DNA from: a virus
Lineage: Duplodnaviria; Caudoviricetes
DNA: 40,039 nucleotides
Virus record (IMG/VR): IMGVR_UViG_3300049828_000506
Location: 1-40,039 of that record
Direction: 5' to 3' (one strand)
Both the position numbers and the translations under genes were made by a program. Of this stretch, positions 1 to 9,385 are shown one piece after another; position 1 is the stretch's first letter, and each line of letters starts with the position of its first letter. Below the pieces are notes generated by a model. The model saw only the letters and a program-made list of their open reading frames with translations. It made no database searches and was not told the origin of the DNA.

Positions 1-1221
1 TAATCGAATAGCTCTCAACTTTGGCAAGCCTGGAACGACAAGATGATAAACCAAGCCTAATGTGCCATCAGAAAGATTCTTTGCATCAATTTCAGCAGCG
101 TTTGAAGATGTGCCTCGTTTGATGATCGGTCTTTGAGATCCAGATAATTCTACCTTCGGATTGTTTTGATTAATTCCAGTCGATGAATTTACCGATGAAC
201 CGGATCCAGAATCTCCTGGTAATCGATATAGGCCAGAACTATTTCCAGTTAAAGCTTTAGCTTTATCACTCTTATCATCAATTTTAGTTGATTTAATTTC
301 TTTTGAGTCAGCATCAACACCACTTTGTTTACCGCCAAAGACACCGCCTGGAAGAAATAAAGCGCCATTGGTTTGTGTTGAAAAATCATAGATTGGAATT
401 ATGTTATTCAAAGGATCAATTTGTCGATACATAACAAACGTGAAATCAATATCGCTTTGACTCAAACTTTTTCTAGATCTAACTCTTAACTCATTATTTG
501 AAATAACTTGAAAATAACAATCAACACTTAAAAGCATTGATTTAACTGTTGCCATTACTGGCTCAGATAACGTGCCCTTGTAATAATTAGAATCTAAAAT
601 AGATTCAGTTTCATCATCATCTTCATCAAATGTGATCTGATATCCAAATGGTTTTATAATCGTATCAATAGCGTCATAAATAGAAACATCTGAAAAACTA
701 GTGGTAGCTATGATTTTAGATGGAAGTATAGCGGTACTTCCAGCTTTTAAGGTTATGCTAATTTCTGTTGCTGTCATATTTATTACAGGAAAATTCAAAA
801 TACCTACAAAAAATGGAGTTGATGCTTCCGTTCCATCGTTATCAGTTTGATTTGGATAAAGATAACGGATAGCAATAACAGGATTTACTGAATTCAATAG
901 TTCATCTTGAGTAATTACTTTTGGACTGCTTAGTTTGTCATTTAATGAAACAGCAGAAACAGTGTTGCTTGAGCTTAAAGTTGTAGGCAGTTGACCTGCA
1001 TCGCTATAGCCTAAACCTAAGATGCCTGATTCTATGATTTTAAATGCATCCGTAATTGTTGGACTCAATTGAACTTCTATTTCACCTAAGTAAGCATTTC
1101 CAAATTTTACTGATGTTGCAATTATAGAATTAAAAAAATAAGGCAAGTTTGTTTTATTAAACTCTTGACCTTCCTTATAAATAATAACTTCATGTATCCC
1201 ACCATTAAAACTCAATGTCAT
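1..1221 (-). CDS. Baseplate hub-like protein (gp27/GPD-like), 3' end runs off the window
   Basis: Not in the ORF track. My translation starts at ATG 1221 (ATGA overlap with the upstream stop) as MTLSFNGGIHEVIIY and the same frame reads ...VYHLVVPGLPKLRAIRL at the window edge. Position after tape measure and LysM gene is typical of the hub. Confidence 0.6.
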   Translation of the reverse strand, partial: MTLSFNGGIHEVIIYKEGQEFNKTNLPYFFNSIIATSVKFGNAYLGEIEVQLSPTITDAFKIIESGILGLGYSDAGQLPTTLSSSNTVSAVSLNDKLSSPKVITQDELLNSVNPVIAIRYLYPNQTDNDGTEASTPFFVGILNFPVINMTATEISITLKAGSTAILPSKIIATTSFSDVSIYDAIDTIIKPFGYQITFDEDDDETESILDSNYYKGTLSEPVMATVKSMLLSVDCYFQVISNNELRVRSRKSLSQSDIDFTFVMYRQIDPLNNIIPIYDFSTQTNGALFLPGGVFGGKQSGVDADSKEIKSTKIDDKSDKAKALTGNSSGLYRLPGDSGSGSSVNSSTGINQNNPKVELSGSQRPIIKRGTSSNAAEIDAKNLSDGTLGLVYHLVVPGLPKLRAIRL

Positions 1222-1559
1222 ATGATTCGACCGCCTTTAGTTATGAAAGAATCAACATATGTTTTTACTGGTATCCTTAAAGACATGCCTAATCTTACGT
1301 CCGTTGGAATTAAATCTATATTATTCGCTAGAGCAATAACCCACCATAAGTCTGGATCGCGATAATAATCCCAAGCCACAAGATCTAATCTACCCACATA
1401 TCTTTGATCAACTTCAACAAAAACATCTTGATCTTGTGGAATTAGTTCCTGAAAGTCAGGCGTATCCCAAAAACTTACATCGCCTGAAACAGCATCATCA
1501 TCGGCAAGTAAATAATCAGCGAGATTGAGCCAAGTGTTTTTATTTATTTTAACAGCCAT
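1218..1559 (-). CDS. Baseplate wedge/tail-X-like LysM protein
   Basis: RLDLVAWDYYRDPDLWWVIALAN...GMSLRIP LysM/tail-X signature; directly downstream of the tape measure gene. Confidence 0.8.
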   Translation of the reverse strand: MAVKINKNTWLNLADYLLADDDAVSGDVSFWDTPDFQELIPQDQDVFVEVDQRYVGRLDLVAWDYYRDPDLWWVIALANNIDLIPTDVRLGMSLRIPVKTYVDSFITKGGRII

Positions 1560-3949
1560 TAAAATGCTCCCCCTGCCATTCTGCTACCGAGTTGATTCTT
1601 TTGTTCAGCAGATATAGCTCTAAATAATTTCTTAACGTCACCTTCGATTTGAACAACTAGCGGTCTATTCGTTATAGCCTCGCCAACCTTTGCCATGATC
1701 TCTTGTAGCCTGCTTACCTCATTAATCAAAGCTTGAATATTAGGATCAGAGGATGTTTCACGAGTTACTTTTGAGTAATCAGTAAACGAAGGCGATGCTA
1801 CAACCCCTGGCTGCTGCTGCATTGTTGTCATCGTAGGCATTTCTTGAGATACCGTGGAAACAACTTGTTTTGTTTCAGATGCGCCTAGACCTAAAGTATT
1901 ACTTGTCGGGGAAACAACTTGTTTTGTTTCAGATGTATCAAGACCTAAAGCATTACTTGTCGGGGAAACAACTTGTTTTGTTTCAGATATACCTATACCT
2001 AAAGCATCACCTAGTTTGCCTAAAACACCTGATATGCCAAAATCTAAATATTTTTGTTTAAATTCAGTCCAAACTTTAATAATCCAATTCATTGCATCAG
2101 AAAAACCATCCTTAAATGATTTCCAAACTGATTCAACACCAAAAAATTCAGCTATTGAATCAGCTACTTTTCCAAGACTTTCTGTAATCCATGTAAATGC
2201 TGCACTAGCGCCTTTTTTAATGTCATCCCAGTAGTAAATAATTCCTGCCAGTGCTGCGCCTAGCGCTAGAACACCAGCAACCATAGGACCAATTGGAGTA
2301 ACAGCAAATGCTAATGTTAAAGCTCTCAGGCTAGCCATTAGTGGAGTAAACGCTAATCTAATAAGAGAAATAATACCTGATTTTAGTAACTCAATTGGCT
2401 TCAACATGAACTTTATTATTGGATTTGAACTAGACAATAATTTTTGAAACAACGTGAACGGAGCTTTCAATATAGTTATAAGACCGATTAAAGAAGTTAG
2501 TGGAATGATCAATGTTGCTAAAAGATTCGCGAAAACCCCAAGCGGAGCTAGCATTGGAAGGATACCGCCAAGACCAAAGTCTTTAAATAATGCTAATTTC
2601 TTTATTACACTGCCAAGAATAGAATCGCTATCTGCTACAGATTTTGTTAGAGAATTCCAAGCATTTCTTTGCGCGTTTAAAGCTTCTATCGCTGAAGACT
2701 TATTAGCGAATTGAGTAACCAATTCAAAATATTGTTTACTAGCATCAGTCAACTTTTCTTGAACAGCAAAGGTTCCACTCATGCTTTTTGCTAAATCGTT
2801 AAATACTTTTTCATTGTCTGCTTTTTTCTGAGTTTCAGGTTTTTTCTTGTCAATTGAAAAAGCCTCTTTGGCCTTGTCACCATAGGATGCAAGCATATTA
2901 GTAGCTTCATCGCCAAAAACCCGTCTAAACCTTGCAGACACTATGTCTTGCTGTGATTTCGATAGTTGTAAAAACTTAGAATTCAACTCCTTAGCTAAAG
3001 CCATAGGATCATCAGCGCCTTTGAAGATCTTTTCAAAAGCATCATTTCCAGATATTCCCATCATCGTAAATGTTCTAGCCGCTTCATATAAATCCTGATC
3101 TAATGGATCGAGTCCAGCTCTCATATCAGAAACAGACCGCTTGAGGCTTGAAAGCTTATCAGAAAAACCTGTCGCAGCTTTAAGAGCACCTTGCTGAGAC
3201 ATACCGACTTTTTGAAATACCGCTGAAAGACCTGAAATAGATCTCACTGTGTTAAGTGCGGTTTGTGTATTTACTTTGCCGAACATTGCAGAATTTTTAG
3301 TAACGGCATCGAAGATTTCTGGAAGTTGAGAAACTTGATCAGTCAAATTATAAGCCTTTTGGATACCGACAACTTCTTTGATAACCCCGTCTAGCGCTTT
3401 TGGAGTAGCGCGAAGACTTGCTAGTCCTTGCGCATACATATCAGTTACCTTTTGAGAATCAAGCCCAAGCTTACCAACCAGCGTTCCTATCATGGGCATG
3501 GAACCTCGGATTTCATCAACCGAGCGACCAAAACCAACCATACCGTGAGCAATGTTTTCTATCTCATCACCGATAAGGCCAAATTGAGTCATACTACTCA
3601 TCAGAGCGCTGTTTAAATTTTGTGCTTGTTTTTCTCCGAAGGTAAAGGTCATTTTAGTCTGTAGGGTATCAAGTTTCTTGAATGTGTCATTTATACTTGA
3701 TCCGGTTCCCTCAATAGATTCGCGTATATCACTTAGAGTATTGCCTATATGGCTTATCGAAAGGAGCTTTATGCCTTCATGTAGACCGTTTAAAACTCCG
3801 CCTTTTTTCTGCTTATTTTCTGAAGTCTTTTGTGTTTTTTCTAGATTGTTATTCAATCCCCCTAATTCATTTGATGTGAATTTAATTGAACGCGCTAAAC
3901 CCTGATCAACCGCTTGAAAGACAACGCCTAAACCTAAATATTCTTTCAC
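1559..3949 (-). CDS. Tail tape measure protein
   Basis: 796 aa, helical, Ala/Gly/Leu-rich; hydrophobic segment and YYWDDIK-type Trp-spaced repeats; lies between chaperone and LysM gene; GAGG RBS before the GTG start. Confidence 0.8.
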   Translation of the reverse strand: MKEYLGLGVVFQAVDQGLARSIKFTSNELGGLNNNLEKTQKTSENKQKKGGVLNGLHEGIKLLSISHIGNTLSDIRESIEGTGSSINDTFKKLDTLQTKMTFTFGEKQAQNLNSALMSSMTQFGLIGDEIENIAHGMVGFGRSVDEIRGSMPMIGTLVGKLGLDSQKVTDMYAQGLASLRATPKALDGVIKEVVGIQKAYNLTDQVSQLPEIFDAVTKNSAMFGKVNTQTALNTVRSISGLSAVFQKVGMSQQGALKAATGFSDKLSSLKRSVSDMRAGLDPLDQDLYEAARTFTMMGISGNDAFEKIFKGADDPMALAKELNSKFLQLSKSQQDIVSARFRRVFGDEATNMLASYGDKAKEAFSIDKKKPETQKKADNEKVFNDLAKSMSGTFAVQEKLTDASKQYFELVTQFANKSSAIEALNAQRNAWNSLTKSVADSDSILGSVIKKLALFKDFGLGGILPMLAPLGVFANLLATLIIPLTSLIGLITILKAPFTLFQKLLSSSNPIIKFMLKPIELLKSGIISLIRLAFTPLMASLRALTLAFAVTPIGPMVAGVLALGAALAGIIYYWDDIKKGASAAFTWITESLGKVADSIAEFFGVESVWKSFKDGFSDAMNWIIKVWTEFKQKYLDFGISGVLGKLGDALGIGISETKQVVSPTSNALGLDTSETKQVVSPTSNTLGLGASETKQVVSTVSQEMPTMTTMQQQPGVVASPSFTDYSKVTRETSSDPNIQALINEVSRLQEIMAKVGEAITNRPLVVQIEGDVKKLFRAISAEQKNQLGSRMAGGAF
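1856..2010. repeat. About 3 x 54-bp in-frame tandem repeat in the tape measure C-terminus
   Basis: GGAAACAACTTGTTTTGTTTCAGAT at 1856, 1910 and 1964; encodes LG(I/L)xxSETKQVVS(PTSN). Confidence 0.95.
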
Positions 3950-3972
3950 ATCGAACCTCGGAGTTTATACTG

Positions 3973-4446
3973 ATGAACAAGCTGTTTTGGATCTTACCCA
4001 TGATTATATTTAATTTTGACTGCGTTCGAAAAAAAAGGCTAGACAATCTGACTTTTAAGTTTTGCGATAAAGTAACAGAGTCAAAAGCTGACTATTCAAA
4101 TTGTTTCACTGATGTTAGCGAGTGCTATGAAAAATCCTCTGACAAATTTGATCCAGATTTGAAATTCATTGAATGCGCTCGTTTATTCAAAGTTAAAGAA
4201 CCAAACTATCAACCTTTTAAATATACGCCAACTACTGATGAAGATGATTTGGATGAACAAATTTGGCGAGAAATCGAAAATCTAGACGCTGCTGATGAAA
4301 AAATAAGAAGAAAAAAACCAAATATAAGCAATACAAATGATTTGAAAAATGATTTGAAAATACTTGAAAAAATAGAAGCAGAGAAAAAGCTTGATCAAGT
4401 TAATATTGAAAAAGCTGATTCTGAAAACCAAAATCAGCCAAAATAG
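3973..4446 (+). CDS. Hypothetical protein, possibly exported or membrane-anchored, on the opposite strand
   Basis: ATG at 3973 with GGAG RBS; short hydrophobic N-terminus followed by Cys; charged C-terminus. Confidence 0.55.
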   Translation: MNKLFWILPMIIFNFDCVRKKRLDNLTFKFCDKVTESKADYSNCFTDVSECYEKSSDKFDPDLKFIECARLFKVKEPNYQPFKYTPTTDEDDLDEQIWREIENLDAADEKIRRKKPNISNTNDLKNDLKILEKIEAEKKLDQVNIEKADSENQNQPK

Positions 4447-4468
4447 AAGGGATGCGGTCTATGATGAG

Positions 4469-5338
4469 CTAAGCATCACTCACACTTAATAAGTAGTTTC
4501 CATAGTCAGTGTTTGAATAAAAAGTGCAGGCAAGATATTTAAGATCTGCTTTATTAAGCCAACCATTTTTATACGCAGTTTCTTCAGGACAGCCAACCAT
4601 GATGCCCTGTCGATGCTCAATAGCTTCGATATAAGCTGAAGCTTCATTTAAAGACTGAATAGTTCCAGTATCTAACCAAGCTGAACCCTTTGATGTATTC
4701 CAGGCTTTTAGTTTTTGATCTTTCAAATAAAGAAGGTTTAGATCTGTAATCTCTAATTCATTACGCTTAGATGGCTTTAACTTATAAACATATTCAGAAA
4801 CAGTTTCGTCATACACATAAAAACCAGTTACGGCTAATTTAGACTTCGGAAATGATGGTTTTTCTTCAATGCTTATAACCGTCTGATTGAAGTCAACTTC
4901 AGCCACTCCATATCTTTCAGGATCTTTAACTTCATATGTGAATATGTTGGCGGGGACATCACTGTCAATCGATGCCTTAAATGATGAGATAAAATCATGA
5001 CCATGAAAAATATTGTCGCCTAAAATTAAAGCGACTTTGTCATATATAAAATGATCTCCAACAACAAACGCATCAGCTATGCCGCGAGGCTCATCTTGAA
5101 TACCATAACTAATGCTAATACCAAAACGATGCCCATTGCCTAAAAGATTTCTAAAATTAATTGCATCTTGTGGAGTTGTAATTATCAAAATATCTTTAAT
5201 GCCAATACTCATTAAAGTATTCAAAGGATAATAGATCATTGGTTTATTGTAGATCGGCAAAAGCTGTTTGCTTACTGCAAGCGTTATAGGACTTAGTCGC
5301 GTTCCTTTACCGCCTGCTAATATTATTCCTGTGATCAT
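4469..5338 (-). CDS. rmlA: Glucose-1-phosphate thymidylyltransferase
   Basis: GIILAGGKGTRLSPIT, SKQLLPIYNKPMIYYPL, LILGDNIF, EEKP, RNELEITD, AWLDTGT. Confidence 0.95.
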   Translation of the reverse strand: MITGIILAGGKGTRLSPITLAVSKQLLPIYNKPMIYYPLNTLMSIGIKDILIITTPQDAINFRNLLGNGHRFGISISYGIQDEPRGIADAFVVGDHFIYDKVALILGDNIFHGHDFISSFKASIDSDVPANIFTYEVKDPERYGVAEVDFNQTVISIEEKPSFPKSKLAVTGFYVYDETVSEYVYKLKPSKRNELEITDLNLLYLKDQKLKAWNTSKGSAWLDTGTIQSLNEASAYIEAIEHRQGIMVGCPEETAYKNGWLNKADLKYLACTFYSNTDYGNYLLSVSDA

Positions 5339-5523
5339 TTTTTTGATACCTTTTTCAATTCTGCATTATGCTTTTCAATTTGTTGCTGCAAAATATCAGC
5401 TAATCGATACCTTCGAGAAACTGGTAAGCCCATTACTTCTGAAGGCTGCCAGCGAAAATTACTCGCAAAAAAATAAATGTGCGCTTCTAATATTTTTATG
5501 TTTCCGAAGGGAAGAAAAAATTT
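5335..5523 (-). CDS. -1 frameshift extension of the tail assembly chaperone (GT-like domain)
   Basis: -1 frame from the slippery heptamer A AAT TTT reads FFLPFGNIKILEAHIYFFASNFRWQPSEVMGLPVSRRYRLADILQQQIEKHNAELKKVSKK*. W-x-P-S-E...LP..RR is typical of the second chaperone domain. The stop overlaps the rmlA ATG (ATGA). Confidence 0.8.
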   Translation of the reverse strand, partial: KFFLPFGNIKILEAHIYFFASNFRWQPSEVMGLPVSRRYRLADILQQQIEKHNAELKKVSKK

Positions 5524-6278
5524 GCATCAAACTCAATATTTTGAACGAATTCATTCGAACATGCAGGGCAAACACATTCCAGCTTTTGATCGATTTCACC
5601 CTCGTTTACTTTGAATTGATTCCTTAAATATTGACGATCAAGCAAAGAAAGGGATTTGACCGAAGATAAAAGTATTGGAGCTGTTTTATCTCCGAGCTTT
5701 AAAATTCGAGCCGCTATGGCAAGGCTGATCATATCTTCAGGATTGTTTTTCATCATAGTCGATAATTTATTTTCATCACGACCATTGAATACTTTGCAGA
5801 CATATTCTAGTTTTGACTTTGGCAGTGTGCCTGAGTAGCTTCGCTTTGCTGGATCTTTCAAGCCAACTACTTTCAAATGATTAAGATCGATGTTTTGTTG
5901 CGAAACCTTCTTACATTCATCATTACGGCATACTATCTTAGCCGCAAAAATCGGCCCTAGCGTGAGGATTCTTAACTGCAACAGAATCCAAAGACGATCA
6001 AGGCCAGTTAAATCTAAGATGATATTAGACCAGTTAGAATCGCTTTGCTTATAAGTTCCAATCGATAAAATGCATGACTCAAGCATCTTATTCATTCTTG
6101 ATGCCATGCTGATCTTTTGATTAGCCAAAAGATCTTCATCGTTACCATTCATCTCTCGCACAGTGATTTCAGTATGTAGGATGCCTGATTCGTCCAAATA
6201 CCCTGTGGGTAAAGTCAACACTGAAAATGATGAGTGTCCAGTTTCAGGCAAAATAGGCACTATTGATTCAATAGTCAT
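5496..6278 (-). CDS. Tail assembly chaperone / baseplate hub assembly protein (T4 gp26/gp51-like)
   Basis: LPTGY...EITVREMNGNDEDLL, DRxxILLQLR, two Cys pairs (CRNDEC, CPAC), C-terminal NFFFP. Confidence 0.75.
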   Translation of the reverse strand: MTIESIVPILPETGHSSFSVLTLPTGYLDESGILHTEITVREMNGNDEDLLANQKISMASRMNKMLESCILSIGTYKQSDSNWSNIILDLTGLDRLWILLQLRILTLGPIFAAKIVCRNDECKKVSQQNIDLNHLKVVGLKDPAKRSYSGTLPKSKLEYVCKVFNGRDENKLSTMMKNNPEDMISLAIAARILKLGDKTAPILLSSVKSLSLLDRQYLRNQFKVNEGEIDQKLECVCPACSNEFVQNIEFDANFFFPSET

Positions 6279-6319
6279 TTAAAGAACTCCATAAGATTTT
6301 GAGTCATTATGGAGTTTTG

Positions 6320-6529
6320 TTATGAGTTGGGCAAGGGTTTTGAATCCTTATCGAATAAAAAACTCAAAGCATTGTCGTCTTTTTTGATTATAGGTCTAGG
6401 TGGGAAAAACAAAGACTGCGAACTAACTAAGGGAGCTATTGACTCCCCTCGTTTTACCGCTTCAGCTAACTCACGATTGCGAAGTTGTCGCTTTAATTTT
6501 TCTTTTTCTTTTAAAGTAAAACCTGACAT
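6320..6529 (-). CDS. Hypothetical basic protein
   Basis: Fits the minus-strand tiling; ATG 6529 abuts the upstream stop at 6531. Confidence 0.45.
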   Translation of the reverse strand: MSGFTLKEKEKLKRQLRNRELAEAVKRGESIAPLVSSQSLFFPPRPIIKKDDNALSFLFDKDSKPLPNS

Positions 6530-6530
6530 A

Positions 6531-6899
6531 TCAGTAAAACTTCTGTAGTGAAGGAATGTAATTAAATTCACCGCCAAAAATCATTTCCCAACCAGCTTGC
6601 TGCATTTCAAGTGAATTTAAACCTTTTTGCTTACAGAAAGCAATCCAATGATCATAAACATCATCAGTATTATTTAAAAGATGATGATTGATTTCTGGAA
6701 AGTCAACTTCATTGAATTCATAACCCATAAAGTCAGCAGCCATTTTTCTAACAAAGTTATAGTCCATTTCATTTAATTTTCTATCAGTCTTATAAGCATT
6801 CATTCCTTGAAGCTTAAATCCAGAATCTTTGCTCATGATCATGCGAGCTAATTCAATTGTCTCTAAATGAAAATTATCTTTTCCATAATTCTTATACAT
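6531..6899 (-). CDS. Hypothetical protein
   Basis: ATG 6899 with AAGGA RBS. Confidence 0.6.
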   Translation of the reverse strand: MYKNYGKDNFHLETIELARMIMSKDSGFKLQGMNAYKTDRKLNEMDYNFVRKMAADFMGYEFNEVDFPEINHHLLNNTDDVYDHWIAFCKQKGLNSLEMQQAGWEMIFGGEFNYIPSLQKFY

Positions 6900-6909
6900 A
6901 AATATCCTT

Positions 6910-7101
6910 TCACAAACCATGATTGGTTAAAGTTTTAGCCTTTGAATATGATGTGAAATGCTCAATAAAACCATCGCTAGCTTTTTTTCCTAAAAAATAT
7001 CCAAAACTAACCACGAAAGCAAAAAGCCATACTATAAAAATACTCGCCAACACATAAAGAATAGCTTCGCAAAAATCATCATTCATCATAGTAATTCTCA
7101 A
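6910..7101 (-). CDS. Small single-TM membrane protein
   Basis: Hydrophobic run AILYVLASIFIVWLFAFVVSFGYFLG; ATGA overlap. Confidence 0.55.
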   Translation of the reverse strand: MRITMMNDDFCEAILYVLASIFIVWLFAFVVSFGYFLGKKASDGFIEHFTSYSKAKTLTNHGL

Positions 7102-7544
7102 TAATAAACATTAGTCTTATCAACTGACAAGTTTGTATTTGCTTGAATTTTATTAGCTTTCAAAAAGTTTATCATTTGATTTGAAAACTTTTTAGCTATC
7201 ACATCAGATACTTCATGACCTGCTGCATTGAATTTATCACTAAAAATGTTTAGGAAAAGATTTTCTATTTTCTTAAATAGATCACCTTCTTCATCACCAG
7301 ACATAAGTTGATAACGATTTAAAACAAGTTTGAACGCTGTTTTAAAGTCTTCATAAAACGGCATATGATAATCACGCGCAAAATCTTTTGCTAATTTGTT
7401 TAAAACATCTACCACAAATAAATCAAGTTCAATAGACACACATCTTGCTAGCTCTGACACAAGATTATCAACGGTATTGTCGCCAATACTTTCGGTTAAC
7501 GAATTCATCTCATCAAAAATCTGTTTTAAAGAACTATGTCCCAT
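7098..7544 (-). CDS. Hypothetical helical protein (candidate internal virion protein)
   Basis: N-terminal segment ends in LTE; tightly coupled to neighbours. Confidence 0.55.
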   Translation of the reverse strand: MGHSSLKQIFDEMNSLTESIGDNTVDNLVSELARCVSIELDLFVVDVLNKLAKDFARDYHMPFYEDFKTAFKLVLNRYQLMSGDEEGDLFKKIENLFLNIFSDKFNAAGHEVSDVIAKKFSNQMINFLKANKIQANTNLSVDKTNVYY

Positions 7545-8395
7545 ATGGATCTTTCTTTTGTTTTAAGAAGGCTTTCCTCATCGAAAAGAAAACCTGAAAT
7601 ATAATCGTTAGATTTTGGATCAAAGAAATATTTTTTATCCCTAAGATTAATCCCTTCATCAAAGACGTGCTCAAAGGATTTTGAAAGCTCTTTAACTTTA
7701 TCAGAAAGTATTTCTTTGATCCAAATCTTAGCCGCTAGAGTTGAAAGATTTCTAACATCAGATTTTTGATCATCGTTTGAACTGACTAGTCCAATTGGCT
7801 TGTATTTGTAAAGCTCATCTACTATTGCCTTTGCTGTTTTTACTTTATTCAAAACAGCATAATTAGCTTCTTCAATCCAATTGGCTACATTTGATTTCTT
7901 CCATGTTCCGTTGTCATAAAATGATTTTAAGCGACGAAAAGTTTTCTTTTCATCTTCGCTAGGCTCTATGGCAGTTTCAAATAGCTTTAAAGCATTTTTG
8001 ACAAACTTGTTCCGAGAAACGCGCCTTCCAATGTAATTTTCTACTTCCTTAGCGTCTTTGCTTCCTGGTGGTAGCAAAGTCAAAGCGCAATCTGGTCCGA
8101 CTATCTTTTCATCATCATCCATGATAGTGCATACATAACGAATGCTTTTCTTGCAATTCTCACATGTTTCATAATTAGGTTCACCATGCGGACCTTCCAG
8201 GTATTCGATCTTTAATAAAGACCAATTACCAGGACTAAGTAAGCCTTTTATTTTAGATTTCTTAGCGACTTCAAGCCCATCATCCGATGCTAAGACATCG
8301 ATAACTTTATCTGACATTTCATTGATAATATTCAAACCATTGAATTGTAAAAGACCTGCTTTATAAAGATAACTCTGAGTTAGAATCGTATTCAT
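7526..8395 (-). CDS. Zn-finger-containing hypothetical protein
   Basis: CENC-KKSIRYVC...VGPDC motif; ATG 8395 with AAGG RBS. Confidence 0.6.
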   Translation of the reverse strand: MNTILTQSYLYKAGLLQFNGLNIINEMSDKVIDVLASDDGLEVAKKSKIKGLLSPGNWSLLKIEYLEGPHGEPNYETCENCKKSIRYVCTIMDDDEKIVGPDCALTLLPPGSKDAKEVENYIGRRVSRNKFVKNALKLFETAIEPSEDEKKTFRRLKSFYDNGTWKKSNVANWIEEANYAVLNKVKTAKAIVDELYKYKPIGLVSSNDDQKSDVRNLSTLAAKIWIKEILSDKVKELSKSFEHVFDEGINLRDKKYFFDPKSNDYISGFLFDEESLLKTKERSIWDIVL

Positions 8396-8405
8396 AAAAA
8401 GCCTT

Positions 8406-9383
8406 TCACATATTGTCAGCAGCCCACTTAATTTGCTCAACATCATCAGGATTTAATTCAACGGAAGTATTTTGACCAAGATCCTTCATGAAATCCGTTT
8501 TTAGTACATAAACATACGCTACACCATGCTCGCCATTATAACTGAGAATGACTTTTTTTCTATCGTATTGATCTTCCCAATAATCAAGCTTTTTAAGTTG
8601 TTCCTCATCAACGTATAGAATCATACCCTTGACTTGATCGCCAAGACTAGGAACGATGGTGTGATAGTCTTTGCCGCCATCCGATTCGACATTGATCTCT
8701 TTCCAATTAGGAATAGCAGATAAAACTGTTTTTATATCAGTCTTTAAAACCGCTGTTCTTATTTCTGGATTCATCAAAGTTTCAAAAACGAAAACTCGAA
8801 TTTTTTTGTCATGAGGATCAATCACTGAAGTATCTATCGCTGGACGCTCCACATCTTCAGCTAAGTATGTTTTGAAAAATGATTTTTTGCCTTCAATAAG
8901 CGAACGCATCGAACGCTTAAGATTAAACATTTTATTTTCACCTATGTTATCTGTGAATATGTTTATTTTCTTTGTATCTAAAATATATGATCCGCGTCCA
9001 GACTCACCTTTTAATTTTTTTGGCATTTGATCTAATTTCCATCCCCTTCTCCTACCAAATTCACTGTGAGATGGATAAAGAGCTATTTCCATTTTTTTTC
9101 CACCAGCATTTATCAATGCAGCGGCACGATGCCTTCCTTCATGGCCTATTACTTTCCCAGTCTCAAAATCGAATTCTAAATACGGCATCCCAAGTTTTTT
9201 GCTGTTATAAAAGTCTAAATCTTTAGTATCATTTTTAAATTTTTCGATATCTCCAGAACCAGCTAATTCTAAAAATTCTTCTGGAGTCATTTCTATTGAG
9301 CCTATAGCTTTCGCATCCTCTGCATCGTGTCTTTGAGTGTCAGTAACATTTAGAGAAGCGGATTCGAATTTTGAGCTGCGCAT
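8406..9383 (-). CDS. ParB/Srx-like domain fused to a gamma-glutamylcyclotransferase (GGCT/AIG2-like) domain
   Basis: N-half GMPYL...VIGHEGRHRAAAL; C-half VFVFETLMNP...VKGMILYV...LDYWEDQYDRKKV...AYVYV. Confidence 0.65.
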   Translation of the reverse strand: MRSSKFESASLNVTDTQRHDAEDAKAIGSIEMTPEEFLELAGSGDIEKFKNDTKDLDFYNSKKLGMPYLEFDFETGKVIGHEGRHRAAALINAGGKKMEIALYPSHSEFGRRRGWKLDQMPKKLKGESGRGSYILDTKKINIFTDNIGENKMFNLKRSMRSLIEGKKSFFKTYLAEDVERPAIDTSVIDPHDKKIRVFVFETLMNPEIRTAVLKTDIKTVLSAIPNWKEINVESDGGKDYHTIVPSLGDQVKGMILYVDEEQLKKLDYWEDQYDRKKVILSYNGEHGVAYVYVLKTDFMKDLGQNTSVELNPDDVEQIKWAADNM

Positions 9384-9385
9384 TT

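Noticed and set aside
1856-2010. CRISPR-like array (partly palindromic 25-bp repeat, three copies)
   Set aside because: The intervening sequences are near-identical, the period is a multiple of 3 inside a CDS, and there are no cas genes.
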